Origin: Azolla caroliniana
Lineage: Eukaryota > Plantae > Polypodiophyta
Reading direction: 5' to 3'
Assembly (NCBI GenBank): GCA_043228905.1
Contig: JBHGNT010000005.1
Coordinates: forward strand, 20,460,001-20,524,000
DNA length: 64,000 bases
Under the pieces are notes generated by a model. It saw only the letters and a program-made list of their open reading frames with translations. It was not told the DNA's origin and did not search any database. The position numbers and the translations under genes are program-made. This document shows, in pieces, positions 48,321 to 61,600 of this stretch. The number at the start of each line of letters is the position of its first letter. Within the stretch, counting starts at the first letter, position 1.

Positions 48321-50444
48321 AAAATCCTCTCGGTTTTCGGAACCGAGGGAGTCGCGGTTACGTTCGTGGTTCGGCCGTACCGTCAGAAACTGGACCAAAC
48401 GGCGCTCGTCCTGGCTTTTGACCCTTGCATAGGCCGAACCGTTATTCAGCACCTTGGTCTCCATTCGCGCCGCCGTGATGTACGGCTCTCCCAATATTAC
48501 CGGATGCGAGGACGTCTCCTATACGAAGAAGTGCTGGTCAATCTCGACGTCGCCGATCTTGACCCGTACGTTCGGGCAGGCCCCGTGCAGTTCCTCGGTG
48601 GCGCGCGTCGCCGCCCGTATCTTCCACCCGTGCTTGGTGTTGATCGGCCATTTGCCCTTCTTGTAGAAGTCCATGGACATTAGGTTGATCTCCGAACCGT
48701 GGTCCACCAAAGCTACCACCGGATCCTGGACATCTCCGATCTTCACCGGGGTTTCCGTGGTCGCTCGGGCCCAGTGTGGCCTCGAATAGTGGCTATCCGC
48801 CCACTCATCTTCCAGCGACATGTCGTCTAGGTGCGTCGTCCGCACCTCTACCGGTCTTTCCGGTTCTACCTCCGTTGACAGCCTCTTCCGCTTCACCAAG
48901 TCCACGATGGAGTCGTGGAACTCCTTCCTGGCGATTCCTAGCACTTCCCGTAATGACAGCTCCACCTTACTGTCGAGGATCCGTTCTTCTAGGACCTTCC
49001 GCAGGTCCGTGGTCCTCTCTATTTCCGTCCCCAGTCGGTATCCACCCTTCGTGGGGTTATCTTGCGCACTGGACCCGCCGGCCTCGTTCCGTCGTTGCCC
49101 GAACCGGGTCTCGTATCGTTGTGAGGGCCCGGTCGTTCCGGTTTTCCCCGCCCGCTTCTCTTCTACCAAAGCCTCGTAGTTCTGGCAGGCGGCTTCCACG
49201 AAGCCCGTCTTTTCCTCGACCGGGTCGCTCCACCCGGTTATCTCCCAGACCCGTTTCTCCGCGCGGTCCGCTTTGTCCCCTTTCAGCCGCGTACCGGCGA
49301 GGCCTTCTAGCATCGTCGACCAGAATCCGGCTTTGCTTTCCTTTCGGGCCTCGCTGCCCCCGACCCGAATGCCGGCCGACGCCGAGTAGTGGACGGTTTC
49401 CGCATGTCGGGCCGCCGCCTCTTCCATCAGTCTCTTCATTCCTCCTCGCCCGTCGTTTCGGTTTAGGGCCCTTCTGGTGTCGCTGGCGTGCACCCGGCCT
49501 TCCCACAGGTACACCACCCGGTTCTTCAGCGCCTCTGCGAAATCGCCGCAGTCCTTCCGAATGTGGCCGACCTCGTCGCACCACATGCATCTGTTTCTCG
49601 CTGCCGGCCGTCGGTCGCGAGCCGGTTCGCCGCCTTCCCTGCGGGCTTGTGCAATTTGGAGGTCCTTTATCGCCCTCGTCAATTCCTCCAGCGCAGCTCC
49701 TCCGGTCGAGCCTCTGATCACGCCGGTCGAAGCTGAACCGGTTTCCAGCCACTCCCGGGTCTCTCCCTTTCGCACCGGCTGCGCTGGTTCAAGCTTCCTT
49801 GCTGCGCCCGAGCTCGACCCGGTCGCCCCGTTATCCGCCCATTCTCGCCGTTTGTCGAAACGGCCGCAGGCTCTCTTAACCGCCGCCCAGTCGGTCGTCA
49901 GCCCGTCTTCGGTTTCCAGCAGGGCGCCCACGTGATCCCGATCCCGCTCGTCCACCGACTTGACGAACAGTAGGACCCGGCTTGTATCCAGGATCGTTCG
50001 GTCAAGCGTCGAAAGGCGCGCAAAGTTTTCCTCAAACTCCCGGAGGAGTGCCGACGCGTTTCTTCCCTTCCCTGGGGACTCCACCCATTCCATGAAGCTT
50101 CGTTTCGAAAGCCAGAGCGCGTTGTCCAGCCCGTATTTCTCTAGGAGCCGACCTTCGAACTCCTCCCAGGTACGGCTCTCCACCCGCACCTCGAGCACCT
50201 CCGCATGGATGCTCGGCATCGCCACTCGAGGAAATCCGGCAAGACGCCTTTCTTCCGGAATGTCCCGCATCAGCATCTCTGCACCGTAGGACGCCAAGTA
50301 CTTCGTGGCATCCTTTCCGCTGAATCGGCCGATTGTACCGACGACCCCCTCAATGGCTCTGTCGAGGGCGCCGGAGCCCTCGCGTGCGTTTACTAACCGG
50401 TCAACGGCCGAAGCCATGGCCTCTGCAAGATCCGATCCCCTCAT
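48318..50444 (-). pseudogene. Gypsy-A gag-protease ORF (709 codons, one premature TAG at 48519)
   Basis: CMWCDEVGHIRKDC knuckle and ALVDHGSEINLM aspartic protease. HFFV*ETSSHP here versus HFFVQDSASHP in Gypsy-B implies CAG>TAG. Confidence 0.9.
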
Positions 50445-53400
50445 TTCCTGCTCTTCTGCCGCCTCTTTCACGTCGGGTTCACCAAGATGTCGCGATATTA
50501 CGCAAGTGCGTATAGAAACGAGGCGGGACCGCGGGGGTCTTGAACCGAAGAGCAAGCGAGGGTGGAGAAAGAGAGAGGACCGGTTACGCAGGACCGGGGA
50601 TACACAGGGACACGGCCCTTCAACACAGAGAACGCGAATAGACGCCGACACAGGTAGACGCAAACAAATGAATATATATATATATATATATATGAGCAAA
50701 TATCTGATCAAGAAGCTACAACCCGCGATGGGGCACAGGATGGTTACAACCGAACAGGCCGGCGAACAGATGCCGATGCCTGTTCGCTGCGTCGCACAAA
50801 AGGGAGCAGGTCGGAGGTGCTGCCGGAAGCACTCGGGCATTCCTCGAAACAGCGCGAGCCTCCTCGAAAACCTGCACAGGAAAAGCTATGGAGAAAAAGG
50901 GAAGGAGAACAGAGAGAGAAGCGTCCAGAATCGGTCCGACAGCACTTCGTCCTCTCCGCGCGATCCTTTGTTCCTCCCCGTCCTCCTCCTTTTATCGGTC
51001 AAGAAGGAGCCGTTCGGCATTAAATTCCCACCTACCGTATCTAACCACTTCGATCCTCCTAGGTACCTAATTCGCCTCTATGTACAACTTGGCGCGCACG
51101 TGCGTGAAGCGCCGGTTCCCACGCCTTGGTGCCCCAATTCCACCCTTGGACGGTTTTCTTCACGACACCGGACCAGCCTACGATGAGAAACGGTTCCAAC
51201 AAATAGTCGGAAGCCTGATATACTTGACCATCACCCGACCCGACATTAGCTATCCGGTTGGAGTGGTAAGCCAATTCATGCAGAAGCCGACCGTGGAGCA
51301 CCTTCAGTGCGCGCAACGAATACTGAGGTATGTAAGCGGCACTAAGGACCGGGGGATCTTATACCGACAAGGTATAACCGAAGAGCTTGTTGGCTACATG
51401 GATGCCGACTGGGCTGGCGATGCAATGGATCGTCGCTCAACTTCCGGCTTTATTTTTTCTCTTGGGAGCGCGGTTGTTGCATGGAGTAGCAAAAAGCAGC
51501 CAACAGTGGCTCTATCCAGCACTGAGGCTGAATACCAGGGCGCGATTGTTGCCACCTGCGAAGCCATTTGGCTTCGGCGACTACTGCAAGACCTGCTGAT
51601 CGAGGTACCAACCCCGATCCTGATCTACTACGATAACATCCGCAGCATGCAGCTCGCCAAGAACCCTGTGTTCCATGCTCGCACAAAGCACATAGAAGTG
51701 CATTATCACTTCGTGCGTGAGCGGGTCCTGAGCGGTGAAGTTGAACTACGGTATGTTCACATGGATCGGCAAGTTGCCGACTTCTTCACCAAGCCACTCG
51801 GGTCGGACAAGTTGCAGCACTTTACCGAAATGCTTGGTGTTCATCATCTCGACGTGCCGCACTTGAGGGGGAGACGCAAGGGCAAAGACACTACCGAAAC
51901 GGGCAAAGGCAAAAAAAATTGTTGAACCCGTAGGTAAGAGAAGAACCGGTAGAGGTGGAGACAAGAAGAAAAATGAAGCCGAGTCGATGAAGGAAGTTGG
52001 CACATCCGAACAGGTCGGAGTGAGCGGCTGTGAAGAAGAAGTGTACACTCAGAAAGAGAAGTGCATGCTATACGGAGGTCATCACGATCGTAATGGCCAT
52101 GATGTGGAGTCGAATGAAGAATTCGACTTCGGTGAACCGGCTGAAGAAGCCAAGGGAAGCAACGAGAAGGCCAAGACCCGAACGTGGTCCGATGTGGTGA
52201 GAGGCCTGAAGCCGAAAATCGAATCGGAGGATACCGATTCGGACAAGAGCTGGAACGAGTCGGAGACAGCCGATTCGGATGAGTCGGATCAACGAGAGGC
52301 CAAGGAGACACGGACGTAGCGGAAGTCGATGCCATCGCGGTGGAACCGACGGATCGGCAAGCGTCGGAGTCATAGCAGCGAAGGAGCTAAGATGGGCCTA
52401 TTAAGCAGACATGCCGGAGGTCAAGGCACGCAAAACCAAAGGGGTCGCGGCAAACGGGACCGAACCGGACAAGGAGCACGAGCAAGGTGAAGCGACGCCA
52501 AGAGAAGTCAGTTGGAAGAACCGGTTGCCACAGAGGTTGACACTACGACCCTACCTCAGGTTGAGCTTGAGGGGGAGTGTTGAGCGGCAAGCTCAACCGG
52601 AACCGGATCGGCTGAATAAGCCTGAGCCGGTAAGCGAGATGAATCGGTATGTCGGTGAGCAACCGAGCCGGTAAGCAGTAAGGACCGGTGAGTTGGGGAG
52701 CCGGTATGCCGGATCCAATCCATAACCAGAAGCCTAGTATAGGTTAGACTACTAGGCAGTTATAGTCTCGTAGTTAGTGTCAGATGCACGTGTGAGCATT
52801 GAAGTACACCGTACCTCTATCAGTCCTGTGTGGACTTGTATAAATAGCGTTGATGTGCGCGTTGTAGATACAGACAAAGAACACAGAGTATTCAAATAAT
52901 TTTTGAAATATAGTGTGTCTTGCTCTCTCTCTCTATCTATCTATCTCTCCCGCGTACTCTCTCTCTCTCTTTGTGTATTGTTCTTACTAACGCTTCCGCA
53001 AGCAATCTTTGACAGAAAGAGATAAAAAATCATGAATCCCACGAATATAGTTTTTTTTTTTTATTAATATTTAACTTTAATAATACCCAAGTAAGAATCA
53101 ACATCCCTTACATATAGAGAAAACTCGTGAATACCATGAGTATAGTGTATTAATCGTTATTTAGAAACATATTCAATTTCCAAAGATTCCACACACATTA
53201 CATTGTGCTCTCCATGTTTATGTAGTGATGAGAGAGGCTTCGCAATTCATCCCTTTCTCTAACTATGGACTCTAGGCTTTATCTATCTATAGTCTATATG
53301 CTTTCTCTAAAAGTGATCATGCTTTTTCTAACCTCATGCGTTTTTTTATCGACTATAGTGTTCATGCACGCTAGATGTGCACGTGTAGCTTTTTTTTGTA

Positions 53401-55634
53401 TCATGCGTTTTTTTTCTAACTAAAGCTTTTTCCTAGAAAATATGCATGAAGTAACATTTTTAACACTCATGATTTGTTAGTATAATGGTGAGGCTTCAAA
53501 TTATTAACATGGAGGTAAGAGGTTTGAATCTTGCCCTATGCATGTAATATATATTTTAATACTTTCTTGTTTTTCTTCATATTTATTCAATCTAGTACTC
53601 TATACATTTTTCACATAGTACTCTATACTTTACACCCGGTTTAATGACCCCCAATATTCTCTCCCTTCTTTCCGCACCCCTACCCACACGACATTAAATC
53701 CCCTAAAAGTTCCTAACTTCCTAGTAATCCAAAAACCCTACCGACACCTAGTACTTACACAAGTTAGTACAAAAGGGGGTGCACTTGGGCACACCCGCGT
53801 TCCCATGCTTTTGGCAACATTTCCCCTGATGGCTTGGAATCTTCACGACATCCACCCCCACTAAACCGCACATCCTTTGGTATGTGCCAGGTAGCGAGTT
53901 TAGTGGAGCATTCCAAGGCCAGTCGTTACTTTTCCTCTTGGTCTGAATTATTGCTTTTGATTCCCATCGTTGGGTCTAGTTCCACTTCGTTCCACCTTTT
54001 GAAGTCCTTTATCCGCTTCCATGTTACCGGTGTCGTCATATGGGTTCTGTCGAGTTCCGCAAGATGGTATTTTGCGTTGTCGTTTGCGGAAGTCACCACG
54101 TATGGCCCTAACCACCATTTTGCGAACTTACACGCTCTTCCGGAGTTGACTCGCTTCCTCTCTTGTCCATGATGCGTCTGCTGCCATCATTCTTAGGAAC
54201 CTTTTGATTAGAAACCACTCCCCGTAGTAGTCATCCTCGTCGAACTCGTTCAAGGGTGGAGTGCCTCACATATTTACCTTCATCTGTGCTTATTTGAAGA
54301 AGTTCGCACCGACCTCTTCGTCTTCCGACACCATGCCGTCCTCATTCTCGAACCTCACTTTGGAAAGCATATCGTTCATGGACTTGATGTACGCAATCCA
54401 TTTGAGCATGGCCACGTTAGGAGTTGCGCATCCGGAAACCATACCGAGGGTCGGTAGGCAGTCCGTTTTGACAATCACTTCTGTCCTGATTAAGTAGTCC
54501 TTGTTGACCTTAACTGCCGAAACGATACCCCATAGTTCACGCTTGACCTGGGTGTATCCTCGTTGTCACTCGCTCAATACCTTCGCACCGAACTGGATGG
54601 GGAAACGCGTGCCGGTCTCATCTTCCTCATTTACGACCCATCTGATTCCGATCAGGCTGGTGTCTCCAGTGATGTACACTAGAGTTTCCGGTTTGTACAC
54701 AACTCTCCGTACAGCCGGTACAGTTGTAAGCTTTTGTTTTAGTCTTCGGACCGCCTCTGTGTGCTATTCGGCCCATTCGAAATTCTTGCCTTTCTTCAGC
54801 AAGACGTAGAGTGGTTCGGCGATATGCGCTTAGTGTGGTATCCAGATGTGGTAGAAGGCGCATGCTCCCAAGAAGTGCCGAACCTCTGTGACGGATCCGC
54901 ACACCTCTATCATTACCGAGATGGCCTCTACCTTTGCCGGGGACGGCCTTCGACCATACGACCCACACAGTGGCCGACCACTAAGATTTCGCATAGCCCG
55001 AAAGTCGACTTCTCTCCGAAGAAGGTGAGTCGCGCACTCTCGAGCCTCCGTAGCACCTTCTTGTAGTTGTCGATGTGGTCCACCACGAACCTCCGGCATC
55101 CGTCCGAACTAGGCCGAGAGGGTTTCGCATTGTCATGATGTCCCTGCTTTTGACAGCTAGCTAGAATTGATCGTACCCCGAGTATAGGTCTTTGACCGAG
55201 TATATGGACCTCCCGATGAAGGCTTCCACAAACTCGTTGATTGACGGTCCCACTCCTGTATTGCGAATGGTCACCTTATTGACTGGTTGCAAGTCTTGAA
55301 TGAAGCGTTATGTGCCGTTCTACTTCGGCACCATGAACCACCGATTCGAATATGGGGCGTTCGACGGCTCAAGAATGCCCAACCCCACCTTCTGTTTCAG
55401 CAGCTCCATCAGCTTCGAGATTTGAGCTCTAGGTACCGGAATTGGCTTGAGGTTCCACGGCACATGCGGTACCGTGATGATAACCATTGGCTCTACGATC
55501 GTCGGGTCCACGCTCCTGATCTCCTCCGGCGAGAATGTAAAGGCCTTCCCATGCCCCCTACGCATCCTCTGAAACCAGTCCTCCTTCGCTAGTAATAGAA
55601 AGCCACCCCTACCAATCTTGAGCTCTCATAGCGT

Positions 55635-58600
55635 TGTCATGTGGTTTTTCACACACGATATGAAAACTAATAAAACAATTATTTAAGATTAACTTAATGT
55701 ATTCATATGGAAAGATAGATGTCTTCAAGATCTTCATAGCGTATTGTACTATGCATGAAACGGATAAACGAGTATCAAGTTACGTGAGTGTGAAGTTTGA
55801 AGAAAAAAAGAAAAGACAAAATTGTGAGATATCCCACATAGATAGGACAACATTGGAACCCAGGATATATAAAGGAAACCAAAACATATTCATTATATCA
55901 ATGTGTGGGGCATAGAATGTTCAAGGTGACTTGGGCTACATTGTGTGGTGTGCATGTTTTGGATGTATGCGTGTGTCCACGATCGTGTGGATGCTTTGGG
56001 TGTACGTGTGTGCATGGATGTGTGGACATTTTTGGATGTATGTGTGTGTGCACGTTTTTGGACGTACACGTGTGTGCAAGTTTCGGGTGTACGCGTGCAC
56101 GGCCTCGTGGGACGCGTGTGTGCGGACGAGCGCGCGGATGCGTACATGGTGCAGTTGGGACGTGCGTTTACGGATGTGCGTACACGGTGCGGTCGGGACT
56201 TCTTCTCTCTCTCATTCCTTGGGGGAAGAAATCTCTCTCATATTGATATCAGACCACTCCTTACATGGTTGTTGGCTCCTTCCTTTCAAGAATAATCTCT
56301 CATATTTATATTGGACCACTCCTTATATGGTTGTTGGCTCCTTTCTTTAAAAATTTTATCTCTCATTTTCATCTCCAACCCGTTGTAACAAGATTCTTGA
56401 ATTATAAAAGAATCTATTTTCTTATGCAATAAACGAACGTTTTCTCTCATCTACTCGTCTTATATGTGAATTTTGCTTGTGTTGTACATGTTGCACCAAA
56501 TCCTTCTAGTCCAGAACCCTGGCGGTTCCGCCTCGTGATCCGCACATAGTGACGGATTCTCACGACATAATTACGTGGTGAACCCGACGCGAAAGAGGCG
56601 GTAGGGAGGATATCAAGTGCAACGATGGCTTCCACAAGCGGAACTCAAGGAGAGGAATTAACGAAAGGCATAGTGTCCGTAGTGGAATACATGTTGAAGG
56701 TGAGAGATCGAGAAGCTTTAATCGACAAATCTGTTGATCGTACGGTCGAGATAGCTAGACAATTTGGTGGCAAGAACATCATGGATTTTCTTGCTACCTA
56801 TCGAAACGAGATGCAACAAAGGGATGTCAATGATCTCAAACAAATTTCTAGCTTCAAACGTGTGGTGGAACCAGGGATCCGCGAGCACATCATGGAGATC
56901 CAAAACGAGCATACAACTTGGGCGGAGTTCGAAAAGGCGCTTCTCGCTGAATACATGCTTGAAGACACATCACAGATGACTCGACATATGCTAATGTCTT
57001 CGATCGAGAAGAAAGGGAAGAATATATCTGCGTCTAGAGTATATGCCGAATTCGACCAGAAGTATAACCGACTTCCGAGTGTTGATCAACGAGTTCTCGA
57101 TGGAGATAAAGTCCTATTATTCCTGCAGGTAGTGGATGCGAAATATCGACGTGAATTGGGTAAACTTTTGGAGGATGAAACACAACCAAATGGCTAGGTA
57201 GCAGATTGGGCGGCGGTGAAGAAGGCTTGTAGCCGTCTTGATAAGTGTCGACAATGGCAAGAGGAAACTGATATGGAGAATCCACAATCATGGAGGAGGA
57301 AGGCACTTGTGACGATCGAGTCTAACAAGCCGATCAACAATTTCAACAAGAAAGCAATGGAGGAATCTATAATCCAAGAGATCTCCAAGAAGTTTGAAGT
57401 GGTATCCCTGGCCAACTTAGGTCGACGCGGGCCGAAGTGGAAAGAAGCATATAGATGTGTCTTCTATTTGGACGGCAACATGATCCACTCAAGCGAGACC
57501 CGAAAGCCACTATGAGTGAACTTCGGGAGGCGGGCTGAAAAAGATCGTGGAAGAGGAAGATGCAAGGCATGTGGAAACCATGCACTATGCCGCATCGGCA
57601 GGAATACGAGTCGGAAGAGAGAATCTAAAGATGATCAAGCCGGGAGTTGGGTTTTGGCCAACGGTATTCGAGTGCGAAAAGAAAGGAAAAATAGATTTGG
57701 AGGATCTAAAACATGTTGATTGGAATGTGTGACGAGTTACCGGATGGTCGGATCCGGTTGACGATAACACGAGCTTTGCGGAGGTTGTGTGTGACAACTA
57801 TGAAGCTCTTGTTGAAGAGAAGAGGAAAAGAACTGGTGAAGAAGATGGCACATCAAAGCGTCACAATACGAGGAATGCAGGGAAAGAAGGACAAGCCCAA
57901 CCTACGCCACGAAAAGAGATAGGAGAAACAAGCTTGAAGCCTGGTGGATCGAGCCAACCTTCTCGGATGGAAGTTGATGAATCTGTGAAGAAAGGAAAAG
58001 AACGAGCAGCGCCGACTTACAAGCTAAGGTCGGACATAAAACAAACAACCAACTTGCGGAAGATCCTTGAGGAGAAGGTTTTAGACAGTCATGTCGACCT
58101 TACTTTGAGAGAGCTACTTGGGATCACTAAGGAGTTCCACGATACTATCATGGACTTGATTAAGCGGTGTCGTGAAGATCCGTCACTACGCACGGATCGT
58201 GAGGCGGAACCGTCGAGATTCTGGACCGGAAGGACTTGAAGTTGGTGCAAGCTTTAGCGAGAAAATACTTAAGCTAGATTGAAAGAGAGAGAGAGCTTGA
58301 GATAGAATAGAACAGTTGACTTTAGATTGAGAGAGATTAAGATTGAACTCTTGATTTTAGATTTTAAGAAACAAGTTACACGATCAATTCGATAACGAAT
58401 TCTCTTCTTCTTAATTTCATAACCAAAAAAAGCCTAACCCTTCTTCTTTTCATCCCTTCTTTTATAGATGCTCTCATGCATATGATGCATGTGAGGGTAC
58501 AAGACATGCATAAAATGCATGTTTGCCATTTGGCGCTCATGTATTACATGTGGTGCATGATAACCATGTCACTCATTTTAGCTCTCATGTATGAGAATTT

Positions 58601-61600
58601 CCATGTAAAAGTACAATAATAGAAATATAAATTCAACTAAATGTCATGGTTCAGTGGTAAGCCTATTTACTCTTAACTAGGAGGTGCAAGGTTCGAATTT
58701 TCACTTGCCCTCCTTTTGTTTATATATGTGATATATATTTATTTATTAATTTGGTCACCGGACGCCGATTTGCCGGATACCGTCGGTTGTCAGATGACGC
58801 TGGTTCACCGGATGCCGCTGGTTACCGTCGATCGCCGGATGCAGGCTCCGCCGCCGCCTTGCCGGCTCCGTCGGATGCCGATTCCGCCGGATCACCGATT
58901 GCCAATTACCGTCCAGTTTCGTTTTGGTTGGCCAAAACCTTTACGAGTGGCTAGGCCACCTCCACTTTTAGTTCAAGTTACCTTGAACTCTCTATGCTCA
59001 ATCACATAGACCCAAAGATAATATAGCTTTTGCTCTACCTTATATATGATGAGAACCGTATTTGTCGTGCCTATGTGGGATATCTCATTGTATTCTCTTT
59101 TCCTTTCACAAACTTTATACCCTCATATCTTAACATCTAGTTGTCCGTTTCTCGTGTAATAAAGTGCATTCGAAAGCTCTTAAAGACCTCCATCATTTTG
59201 TACTTAGATACTTCACTATTATTGTTTTATGTGATTCATACTCGATTTTGTACGTTTTATGTGATTTTCACACCATTGCCGAAAATCTTCACGACAACGG
59301 AAGCGGCAACAATCAGATGAAGAGGTGGTGAAAACGAGTGCCATAACCATGGAAAGATTAGAAGAGGAGGAAGAAGAAGTGATGGTGGACAGCCATTACT
59401 CTCAGCCTCATTGGGCAAGAGCGACAACAGAGACGCCGGTGAAGATCGGAGAGAAGAAAGAGACCGTGGTAGCCTTGATTGACCATGGTTCGGAGATCAA
59501 CCTCATGTTGATCGAATTCTACAAGAAAGGAAGATGGCCGATCAACACAAACCATGGATGGAAGATACGAGTGGCAACGAGGGCCACGGAAGACCTCTAC
59601 GGAGCTTGCCCCAATGTTAAAGTCACGATCGGAGATGTGGAGATGGATCAACACTTCTTCGTGCAAGACTCGGCTTCACATCCCCTCATCCTAGGACAAC
59701 CATATATCACATCGTCCTGGATGGAGACTAAGGTGTTCGATAATGGAGCAGCCTTTGTGCGAGTCAAGAGCCTTGACAATCAAAGATCTGTTCAATTCCT
59801 TACGATGTGGGCTAATCATGAAAGGAACCGAGATAGCCTTGGAGGCGAATCCTCAGATTTTTAGAGCGGACTATTGAAGCATGGGGCACAAATAGTCCGA
59901 GCAATCATAAGTCCCCACAAGGAAGCAAAATAAGTGGATCGCAAGGAGAAGCAACATGTGTGACACCTAGTGGCGCATGTAAACTAACACTACTCAACAA
60001 GGACAAGCGTCAGATACAAGCCTTCAAGAAGATGCTGAAAGAAGAAAGCATAATTGAAGAAGAAGAATTTGTGTCTCATATTCTAGAGGAAGCCTCATTT
60101 AACGACACCATCGGCGAAATCGAGGAAGTCGTGGACTTGAGCTACCCTCACGATCAAATTTTGATTTTGGTTAACTCCGTCAACATGTACGCTATCATCG
60201 ATGAATATCATCGAGGCATCTTGATGGAGGAAGCTGAAGTCAACACAAAATATAAAACGGTGGATAAGAAGATCAAGTCAGTTGTGGTTCCACTACCGGA
60301 AGATAGTTGGCAAAAGATGAAGGAAGTTGCTAATGATCCAAGCTTAAGGGATCCAAAGGCAATAGGTCATGTCTTCACCAAAGGGACGAAAGGAAAGCTA
60401 CAAGTTGGAAGGGAAGATTTCCTTCTCCCTGAAGAGCAGAGAATGTTCCGCGAAATGCTTGAGAGACATGAGAAAGCCTTTGCCTTCTCTCCACAAGATA
60501 TCGGATGTGCCGACCCGAAGATGATAGAGCCGATGGTGATTTTTACAGTGCCGCATGTACCTTGGAACCTCAAGCTGATACTGATTCCAAGAGCTCACAT
60601 TCCGAAGTTGATTGAGCTTCTAAAGGAAAAGGTTAGGATGGGAATACTTGAGCCGTCCAATGCTCCCTACTCCAATAGATGGTTTACGGTGCCGAAGAAA
60701 AACATATCCTTACGCTTTATTCAAGATCTCCAACCCGTCAACAAGGTGACGATCCAATGAATTTGTCGAAGCCTTCACGGGAAGATCGATCTATTCCATT
60801 GGTGATCTCTACTCAGGCTATGATCAATTTCAATTGGTCGTTGATAGTAGAGACATAACGACAATGAGGACGCCGATCCGGTTGGTAAGGATGTGCACCT
60901 TACCCCAAGGTGCAACAAATTCCGTAGCCCACATGGTGAATGTCATGAACAAAGTGTTGAGGGATTGTATCCCTGATATCACAATGCCCTTCTTAGATCA
61001 TATTCCAATCAAAGGATGCTTGGTGGAAGAAAAAGATGAATCGAAAGATAAAGATGGTTGCCGAAGATTCGTTATCGATCATATAAAGGATAGCGAGAAG
61101 GTGTTGCAAAAGCTTGAGGATGCAAATCTCACATTTTCAGGAGAGAAGTCTGCATTCGATCAACCAAAAATATTGGTAGTAGGACACTTATGTGGATCTT
61201 ATAGCCGGAAGCCATCTCCATCCAAGGTGAACGTTATTCAAGAGATGAAAGAAGAATGTGTGTCTCAAAGAGAGGTGTGAAGATTCTTGGGAGCATGTGC
61301 ATTCTATCACATATGGATTCCACATTATGCTCATGTCGTTGAACCATTGTATGGATTACTAAAGAAAAGGAAGAAGTTTGAATGGGAAGATGAGCATACC
61401 TACGCGGTTCAAAAGCTAAAGAAACTATTATTGGAAGCTCCGGCACTGCGAAAAGCCGACTACACCGAAGGTACCCCGATATATGTGATGGTGGATACGA
61501 GCCCAACCAAAATTGGATGGATGATAAACCAAGAAGACAAAGAAAAGAATCGGTATGCAATTTGATTCGGTGTGAAGGTGTTAACCGAAAGACAAAGGAA

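Larger units (their letters stand above)
44088..51167 (-). mobile_element. Young full-length Ty3/gypsy (Gypsy-A); 680-bp LTRs 44088-44767 and 50488-51167
   Basis: The LTRs differ at 4 positions by eye. 4-bp TSD CCGG on both sides, and removing the element restores Copia-B N-T-G-P-A-Y. PBS TGGTGAACCCGACGTGAA (tRNA-Trp type) at 50467-50484. PPT-like GGTTAGGTGGGGGCGGA. Confidence 0.97.
40501..51925 (+). pseudogene. Copia-B gag-pol, disrupted (stops, frameshifts including a 1-nt loss in YVDD, 7-kb nested insertion)
   Basis: EKLGRTNYASWSYKM, CWYCGKKGH knuckle, WYVDSGASNHMT, HSDVWGP and HQMDVKNAFL. After the insert come DADWAGD, AWSSKKQ and HARTKHIEVHYHF. Confidence 0.9.
39962..53014 (+). mobile_element. 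Full-length Ty1/copia (Copia-B); LTRs 39962-40404 and 52578-53014; RT interrupted by Gypsy-A
   Basis: Perfect 5-bp TSD GAAAG (39957-39961 / 53015-53019), PBS TGGTATCAGAGC at 40405-40416, PPT at 52569-52577. Confidence 0.97.
39841..55634 (-). mobile_element. Degenerate Ty3/gypsy (Gypsy-C): 3' LTR 39841-53850 split by Copia-B; pol remnant 53851-55634 cut by Gypsy-B
   Basis: LTR ends TGTTGTG (decayed TGTCGTG)...CACGACA, followed by the PPT complement TCCACCCCCACT. Pol motifs EPSNAPYSNRWF, FLGACAFYHIWIPH and MLKWIAYIKS. The left LTR end is inferred. Confidence 0.75.

Noticed and set aside
55893-56350. C/V/H/T-rich ORFs, also at 63607-63995
   Set aside because: Translation artefacts of the alternating TG/CA repeats in the Gypsy-B LTRs.
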